Of a stretch of 64,000 bases of DNA, positions 63,966 through 64,000 are shown in pieces (positions within the stretch are counted from its first letter, which is position 1; each line of letters opens with the position of its first letter). The notes beneath the pieces are model-generated. The model searched no databases. It was not told the DNA's origin and saw only the letters and a program-made list of their open reading frames with translations. This DNA comes from Proteromonas lacertae. Lineage: Eukaryota. Made by a program: the position numbers and the translations under genes. The stretch is taken from the NCBI GenBank assembly GCA_002245135.1, contig NGBS01000900.1:1-64000 (forward strand), read 5' to 3'.

Positions 63966-64000
63966 GATATGTATATATTATTTAATTTATTTAATACACT

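Overview
Very AT-rich, gene-dense eukaryotic genomic DNA (about three-quarters A+T by eye, not computed). It uses the standard code, has mostly 28-45 nt GT-AG introns and often has under 100 nt between divergent genes. The tiny introns, putative-Ig (He_PIG) proteins and GTTTGT elements after stop codons suggest a low-GC Blastocystis/Opalinata-type stramenopile; this is an inference. I can support about 27 protein genes and one tRNA-Ala(UGC). They include a giant class C GPCR with at least six tandem UrtA/AmiC-like domains, RPA49-like, CLASP-N, Rab18, ECHDC1-like, PP4c, a two-Myb protein, TTC14-like, BRE1, GEX1/KAR5, CEP192/SPD-2, an MRH-EGF protein, a GT61-like protein, a UBR/B-box/kinase fusion, UBA1, an LRR protein, KIN17, two inverted EF-1gamma copies, a Dicer-like C-terminal fragment and a BTB/Ig/SPRY-like family. 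The strongest signal is a set of six 44-54 nt minor-spliceosome (U12-type) intron candidates. All start ATATC[C/T]TT and carry a TT(T/A/C)(C/T)TTAA(C/T) branch site 7-10 nt from the 3' end, but they end in AC, AA, AG or AT. Three lie in the one GPCR gene. The assembly also has many apparent single-base indel errors, so all exon models are manual and need RNA-seq confirmation.
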